DNA from: Telmatocola sphagniphila
Lineage (GTDB): Bacteria; Planctomycetota; Planctomycetia; Gemmatales; Gemmataceae
Direction: 5' to 3'
NCBI RefSeq assembly: GCF_018398935.1
Contig: NZ_CP074694.1
Span: 4,290,001 to 4,322,000 of the forward strand
Length of the DNA: 32,000 nucleotides
Shown here: positions 27,249-32,000 of the stretch, piece after piece
Layout of the letters: every line of letters begins with the position of its first letter
How positions within the stretch are numbered: position 1 is the first letter of the stretch
The notes under the pieces: generated by a model
What the model was told of the DNA's origin: nothing
The model's input: the letters and a program-made list of their open reading frames with translations, nothing else
Database searches by the model: none
Program-made: the position numbers and the translations under genes

Positions 27249-28385
27249 ATGAATGGTGGTCTGACACGCGTCCAATCGATTTGTCTGGGTTTAGTCGTCT
27301 GTGTTTGCCTGGGTCTGGCGGGCTGGGGGTTGTTCCGGATAGGAACCCGCAAAGCCAGCTTGGGCGACAGCTTCGAACTATTGGTTCGTTTGTCTGACAC
27401 CCAGGACATTGAACCCGGGGCCAGCGTTTGGATTCGGGGAATCGACGCCGGGATTGTCTCCGGGATAGAAGTGCCCGAGGAGGATCCCGACCATGTCCAG
27501 CTACGAATCAAAATTTCCGCCGTTCACCGGAATCGAATTTATGCGGATGCCCGAGCTCAGATAAACTCCAAAGGTTTACTGGGCGGCAGCCAGTTGCGAA
27601 TCAATCCCGGCACCTCGGCGTCCGGTCCCCTACAGAGTCAGATCATACCCGGCGACAATAGCGTCGATCTGCAGACGGTCGCTACCAAGCTCGCCAAGAT
27701 CGCCGATCAGGCCGATATTCTTCTGGCTCAGGTGCAGCAAGGCCAGGGTACCGTCGGCAAACTCCTGAAGGACGATGACCTTTACAAAGATCTCAAGTCG
27801 ATCGGGAAGCAGGCTCAAGAACTTCTGGCGAATGCCAATCAGGGAATCGGTTCGATCCGTGAAGAGCTCGATGGCATGAAGGAATTCATTCGCAACGGGA
27901 ACGATGCGATTCAATCGATTAAGCAGGATGCGGATGCTGTAAAAGGTTTACCGATTATTCGCAGTTATGTCGAAGACCCGGTGGGCACCCTGGTCCGCCC
28001 CCAGGCGGAACGGCAGCGCGAAGTGTACCGGGAAGAGTATCTTTTCGAACCGGGTAAGGCCGTGCTGACCCCGGAAGGGCGAACCCGTCTGCAAGCGGCC
28101 GCCCGGTGGCTGAATGTCAATAAGAGCTCGAGTAATGAAGTGGTAATCGCGGCGTTCGCCGATCCCAAAAATCGGGAACTCACGCAGGCCGGGGCTCGCA
28201 AGCTGACGGAAAAGCAGGCGGAGGCTGTTGGGGATTATCTGAAGGAACTGGGCGTTGCTCGCCTGAGCTGGTTCAGTTCCCGCAAGGTTGTGACCCTTGG
28301 CATGGGACAGGGAGGTTCTCCCCTGGTTGAAAAGGATGCACTGCCCCCGGCCCGGATCGAGGTCATCCTCTTCACGCAGAGATAA
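27249..28385 (+). CDS. MCE/MlaD domain protein with coiled-coil linker and degenerate OmpA-like C-terminal domain
   Basis: The N-terminal TM helix is ICLGLVVCVCLGLAGWGLF. The MlaD/MCE beta-barrel pattern follows (FELLVRLSDTQDIEPGASVWIRGIDAGIVSGIEV...INSKGLLGGSQLRINPG), then a helical region. The C-terminus (YLFEPGKAVLTPEGRTRLQAAARWL...VVIAAFADP...LTEKQAEAVGDYL...ARIEVILF) is collinear with OmpA_C motifs. Confidence 0.7.
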   Translation: MNGGLTRVQSICLGLVVCVCLGLAGWGLFRIGTRKASLGDSFELLVRLSDTQDIEPGASVWIRGIDAGIVSGIEVPEEDPDHVQLRIKISAVHRNRIYADARAQINSKGLLGGSQLRINPGTSASGPLQSQIIPGDNSVDLQTVATKLAKIADQADILLAQVQQGQGTVGKLLKDDDLYKDLKSIGKQAQELLANANQGIGSIREELDGMKEFIRNGNDAIQSIKQDADAVKGLPIIRSYVEDPVGTLVRPQAERQREVYREEYLFEPGKAVLTPEGRTRLQAAARWLNVNKSSSNEVVIAAFADPKNRELTQAGARKLTEKQAEAVGDYLKELGVARLSWFSSRKVVTLGMGQGGSPLVEKDALPPARIEVILFTQR

Positions 28386-28394
28386 GCGTTCCGC

Positions 28395-29303
28395 CTATAC
28401 CTTCAGAGGGGGCCGGATTTTCAATTTTGATGCATCGCAAATGCCGAGTAATTCCTGAGCGCTGATCGCTATCGGTGTGTCCAGATAACCGCACGAATAA
28501 GCCAGCCGACCAATGACATCCTCTGAACGGACTCCCGCCGATCGAAGATTGCTCAACCGCGTGGAATCGTTTCTCTTGGCCATGCGCTTCCCTTGAGAGT
28601 CCAATAGTAAAGGCACATGCCCATACCTGGGCGGTTTCTGCTTCAGAGCGGCAAAGATACCCAATTGACGAGGTGTCGAAAAAATCAGATCATCCCCTCG
28701 AATGACTTCCGTCACGCCCTGAGCGGCATCGTCGACTACAACCGCCAACTGATAGGAAGGTATCTCCCCGCGCCAGATCACGAAATCCCCGCCAATGGCC
28801 GGTGCAGAAAGTCGAACGGAGCCATGGAACAGATCGAGGAATTCCGGAGCTTCAGTAAAGCGAAATCGCCAGGCATAGGGAACTGTCAGCTTATCCGCAT
28901 CCGCAGCCTGTCTATGGGCGCAACGTCCCGGGTACAAAGGCGGTTCATTATCGGCATGCGGAGCGCTGGCCGATTGTTCGATATCTTTCCGTGTGCAGGT
29001 GCAGGGGTAAACGAGTTCCTGTTCCTTCAGCTTTTGCAATGCGGCCCGGTAGTATTCCAGGCGCTGGCTTTGAAAAATAGGCTCCCTGTCCCAAACCAGT
29101 CCCAGCCATTTCAGATCGTCGATTTGGGCTTCGGCGTATCCAGGTTTGACTCGCGGTGCATCGAGATCTTCTATCCGGAGAATCATCTGACCACCCCGCT
29201 GTCGGGCATGCAGCCAGGCGATCAGAAAAGTCCGGGCGTTGCCCAGGTGCAAAAAACCCGTTGGGGAAGGAGCTAGGCGGCCGATCACCGGAGGTAGGCT
29301 CAT
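28395..29303 (-). CDS. gluQ: tRNA glutamyl-Q(34) synthetase (GluQRS)
   Basis: The class I aaRS core GRLAPSPTGFLHLGNARTFL and ILRIEDLD is present. So is the Zn-site pattern CTCTRKD...YPGRC. At 302 aa it has the truncated GluRS length with no anticodon-binding domain. Confidence 0.9.
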   Translation of the reverse strand: MSLPPVIGRLAPSPTGFLHLGNARTFLIAWLHARQRGGQMILRIEDLDAPRVKPGYAEAQIDDLKWLGLVWDREPIFQSQRLEYYRAALQKLKEQELVYPCTCTRKDIEQSASAPHADNEPPLYPGRCAHRQAADADKLTVPYAWRFRFTEAPEFLDLFHGSVRLSAPAIGGDFVIWRGEIPSYQLAVVVDDAAQGVTEVIRGDDLIFSTPRQLGIFAALKQKPPRYGHVPLLLDSQGKRMAKRNDSTRLSNLRSAGVRSEDVIGRLAYSCGYLDTPIAISAQELLGICDASKLKIRPPLKV

Positions 29304-29320
29304 GGCATATCCCCATGCGA

Positions 29321-30361
29321 TCAGGAGTTCGCGCGAATATGCATGATGTCCCCATCTTGAACAATGTATTCTTTCGATTCCAGACGAAAGGTCCCGTTAG
29401 CTTTGCAATTTTTCTCTTCGTAACCGGACTTAAGAAAATCATCGTAGCTGACCACTTCCGCGCGGATGAAGGTTCTCGAGAGATCAGTATGAATTGCTCC
29501 TGCGGCGAGTACCGCGGGTGTACCCTGATCGATCGCCCAAGCCCGGCACTCATCCTCTCCCACTGTGAAAAAGACGATCCGATTCATCGCCTGTGAAATC
29601 TCGCGCAGAACCGTATCGTGGAAACTGCCGGTGATTCCCAGATCGGCCATGAAGACCTGACGCGATTCCTCATCCAATTCCTTGAGTTCGACCTCGAGTT
29701 TCACCGGGGCTTTGACAATTTTCCTCGCCGCGGCCCGCAACTCGCCGGGAAGCGGTTCGTTGATACCGCTATCGCCCTGATTGATGAAGACGATCTCCGG
29801 CTTCAAGGTGAAGAGCTGGAAGCTGCGGATGATTTTTTCTTCCTCGTCTTTCAAACCGAGCGATTTGGATGTCTTTCCGGCTTCCAGGGCTTCCTGAATT
29901 CGCTGCATCAACACTAGCTCAGCTTCGTCCGCTTCTCGCTCTTTCACCGGCTTATTCTTCTTGATCTGCACCTTGAGTTTATCGATCCGGTTCAGCACCA
30001 ATTCCAGATCGGCGAAGATCAGTTCTTCGCGAAAACGCTGCAGCTGATCGAGCAGGCTGGCTCCGGTAAACCCATCGAGCACAATCACCAGCCCGTCCGC
30101 TTCGCGCAGAATACCAAGTCGGCGTGGGTTATCCTTTTTCTCCCCCGTCATCAAACCGGGAGTGTCGAGAAAGGCGATTTCGGCAAACTTGTGCTTCTTC
30201 GGCTTGAACTTGGCAATCATTTTGGAGAGGCGCTCGTCCGGAACGGCCGCCATGCCCATCTGCCCCTGCTGAATTTTTGCCGGGTCGGGTTCAACTCCCG
30301 TCAACCATTGGAATACTGTTGTTTTGCCGGAACCGGCATATCCTACCAAGCCCACTTTCAT
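29321..30361 (-). CDS. ychF: YchF/OLA1-family P-loop GTPase/ATPase
   Basis: ATG at 30361 gives MKVGLVGYAGSGKTTVF (the P-loop). The C-terminal TGS-like region RAWAIDQGTPAVLAAGAIHTDLSRTFIRAEVVSYDDF...YIVQDGDIMHIR is collinear with YchF. The 35 codons upstream in the ORF track are probably not translated. Confidence 0.85.
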   Translation of the reverse strand: MKVGLVGYAGSGKTTVFQWLTGVEPDPAKIQQGQMGMAAVPDERLSKMIAKFKPKKHKFAEIAFLDTPGLMTGEKKDNPRRLGILREADGLVIVLDGFTGASLLDQLQRFREELIFADLELVLNRIDKLKVQIKKNKPVKEREADEAELVLMQRIQEALEAGKTSKSLGLKDEEEKIIRSFQLFTLKPEIVFINQGDSGINEPLPGELRAAARKIVKAPVKLEVELKELDEESRQVFMADLGITGSFHDTVLREISQAMNRIVFFTVGEDECRAWAIDQGTPAVLAAGAIHTDLSRTFIRAEVVSYDDFLKSGYEEKNCKANGTFRLESKEYIVQDGDIMHIRANS

Positions 30362-30622
30362 CGCGGAATCCTCTTTGAATTCGCTGAAGCTCGCCGTTTT
30401 GTATTCTACAAGATGAAGATCTGAGAGTTTCCGTGAATTGACAGAGTTTTCCAAGGTTTTTTCCATTCTCCGTCGAATAAAGAATTGACAGATCCCTCAA
30501 CCCGCTCTATTCAGGGACTGCTTCCGAAAGCATCAGCTTCGGAACGAGGTGGTTCTGAGAAACTCGGGGGAGTGACTCGGCGGCCGCTTCGGTTGAGGTT
30601 CGGGGAAGTTAGGGGGAATGGC

Positions 30623-32000
30623 ATGAAGCCTTGTTATCTTTTGCTCGCCAGCCTGTTTCTGGTAGGCACAGGTTGCGTCGACTCCAAAGTCACCCGAGCC
30701 CGCATCGACAGCGAACCCACCAAAGAAGCCGTCGTTAAAACCATCGGCGATGTCTCGACCATCGGTAACGCCGTACCCATCCCGGTCAGCGGTGTGGGAT
30801 TGGTAGTCGGGCTCGACGGTAATGGCGGCAGTGCCCCTCCGGGTATCTACCGGTCGATGCTCGAAGATTATTTGAAAAAGAAGGGCTTCGATAACGTCCG
30901 CGACATTCTCGAATCACCCAATCACTCGATGGTCATGCTGACCTCGGTCATTCCGCCCGGCTCGCGGAAAGACGATATGCTCGATATTCAAGTCACCCTG
31001 CCCGAAGGCAGTAAGACCAAGAGCCTGCGCGGCGGCCATCTCGAACTCTGCTACTTGATGACCTACGAAACGCAGCAAAACGTCCGACAGATGATGGCTT
31101 CCAATCCGGATGCCAAGGCGGCCGGCAATAATCGACTGTTGCAGGGCGACAAGCTGATTTACGCCGAAGGCCCTCTAGCCGCCCCTAACCTGGATAAGAA
31201 TGATCCTGAAGCGGAATGGAAAACCGCCTGGGTTTGGGCGGGAGGAAAACTTCAAGCTTCCAACTGCTTCCACGTTCTGATGAATCCCGATCAACAGCGC
31301 TACGCCGTTACTCAGGAAGCCGCCAACCGCATCAACGAAGTGTTCCACGGTCAAGGCGAAGATCGCGTTGCAGTCGCCAAAACCAAGGATACGATCATCA
31401 TCGCGGTACCGAGCATCTACCGTCTGAATGTGCCACATTTCCTCCGGGTGTTGCGAAACATTCCTCTGGACAGTCGGCAGTTGACCAACAACTACAAGCA
31501 AACCTGGGAAGATCAGTTGAAGGAGCCGGCCACGACGGTGGCAGCGGCTTTACGACTTGAGGCGATGGGGCAGGACAGCATTCCCATTTTGAAGACGGGG
31601 CTGGAGAGTACCTATCCCCTTGTTCGATTTGCGGCCGCGGAAGCCCTCTGCTATCTGGGCTACGCCGGTGCCGCTGATGAACTGGGCAAGCTGACCGAGG
31701 AACATCCTTCGATGCAAGCCTACGCTCTCACAGCACTCGCTTCTTTGAATGAAGCCGCCTGCTACTACAAGCTTCAGGATTTGCTGGCCTCCACGATTCC
31801 CGAAGTTCGCTACGGGGCCTTCCGGGCCTTGCGCGAGCAGGATCCTAATCAGGAAATCATCCGAGGCACCAAACTGAACAAATCCTTCTACCTGCATAAG
31901 GTCGCTCTGAACTCTCTGCCCATGGTTCACCTGCTGAACGATAAGCGAAGCGAAGTAGTGCTCTTCGGCGATACGCCAGCTCTGATTGCTCCCTTCTCTT
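30623..32000 (+). CDS. lipoprotein with FlgI (flagellar P-ring)-like N-terminal region fused to HEAT/armadillo-like repeats; partial, continues past window end
   Basis: This ORF is not in the supplied track because it has no stop codon within the window. I translated it by hand. ATG at 30623 is preceded by AGGGGG. The N-terminus MKPCYLLLASLFLVGTGC is a lipobox signal. GVGLVVGLDGNGG and VMLTSVIPPGSRKDDMLDIQVTLPEGSKTKSLRGGHLE align with E. coli FlgI GYGLVVGLDGTGD and [36 protein letters not shown]. From about aa 300 onward there are HEAT-like helices (YPLVRFAAAEALCYLG, IPEVRYGAFRALRE). The frame stays open for 459 codons to the window edge. Confidence 0.75.
   Translation, partial: MKPCYLLLASLFLVGTGCVDSKVTRARIDSEPTKEAVVKTIGDVSTIGNAVPIPVSGVGLVVGLDGNGGSAPPGIYRSMLEDYLKKKGFDNVRDILESPNHSMVMLTSVIPPGSRKDDMLDIQVTLPEGSKTKSLRGGHLELCYLMTYETQQNVRQMMASNPDAKAAGNNRLLQGDKLIYAEGPLAAPNLDKNDPEAEWKTAWVWAGGKLQASNCFHVLMNPDQQRYAVTQEAANRINEVFHGQGEDRVAVAKTKDTIIIAVPSIYRLNVPHFLRVLRNIPLDSRQLTNNYKQTWEDQLKEPATTVAAALRLEAMGQDSIPILKTGLESTYPLVRFAAAEALCYLGYAGAADELGKLTEEHPSMQAYALTALASLNEAACYYKLQDLLASTIPEVRYGAFRALREQDPNQEIIRGTKLNKSFYLHKVALNSLPMVHLLNDKRSEVVLFGDTPALIAPFS

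Noticed and set aside
28948-29553. A 201-aa ORF on the - strand spanning the gluQ/ychF junction, and the 146-aa ORF 11435-11875 (-) spanning the amidohydrolase/nuoI divergent promoter.
   Set aside because: Both are out of frame with well-supported genes on the same strand and cross intergenic DNA. Their products are Arg/Ser/Pro-rich with no motifs. They are most likely spurious.
30485-30544. Upstream of the FlgI-like gene there is a perfect TTGACA (30485-30490), a weak -10 hexamer TATTCA 17 nt downstream (30508-30513), and a 7-bp inverted repeat TTCCGAA/TTCGGAA (30522-30528 / 30538-30544).
   Set aside because: The -10 hexamer matches the consensus at only 3 of 6 positions, and sigma-70 consensus rules are poorly validated for this lineage. 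A stem of this size is within chance expectation. I did not report it as a feature.

Overview
This 32-kb window looks like ordinary, densely packed chromosome from a Planctomycetota-type bacterium. That assignment is an inference from gene content: membrane Hanks-type Ser/Thr kinases with TPR or DUF1080-like ectodomains, a 1532-aa PATR/Ig/FG-GAP surface protein with an Arg-rich EPMEDRCPP leader, a HYExAFE-motif protein, CotH, and an MCE-OmpA fusion. I call 28 protein-coding genes on both strands and two hairpin terminators. One of these genes, a FlgI-like ORF at 30623 that runs off the window end, is missing from the supplied ORF track. Housekeeping anchors are clpS, a partial complex I cluster in the unusual order nuoI-nuoA-nuoB-nuoC, a 4-domain S1 protein, hemB (Asp-rich, Zn-independent type), gluQ and ychF. 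I saw no rRNA, tRNA, CRISPR array, transposase/integrase or long DNA repeat. The best candidates for something undescribed are: (1) a two-gene cassette with no spacer between the ORFs (20346-21323), encoding a Zn-ribbon protein plus a degenerate HEPN-like protein, which resembles a TA or defence module but has a non-canonical partner; (2) an orphan lipoprotein that fuses the N-terminal half of the flagellar P-ring protein FlgI to HEAT repeats (30623 to the window end); (3) the giant PATR/Ig/FG-GAP protein, which has no recognisable export or anchor module; (4) a HYExAFE protein with a readable PD-(D/E)xK nuclease motif; (5) a neighbourhood dense in phospho-signalling genes, including an FHA-GGDEF cyclase and a membrane redoxin whose stop codon overlaps the start of a sensor kinase. 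All assignments come from motif recognition by eye. No searches or computations were run.
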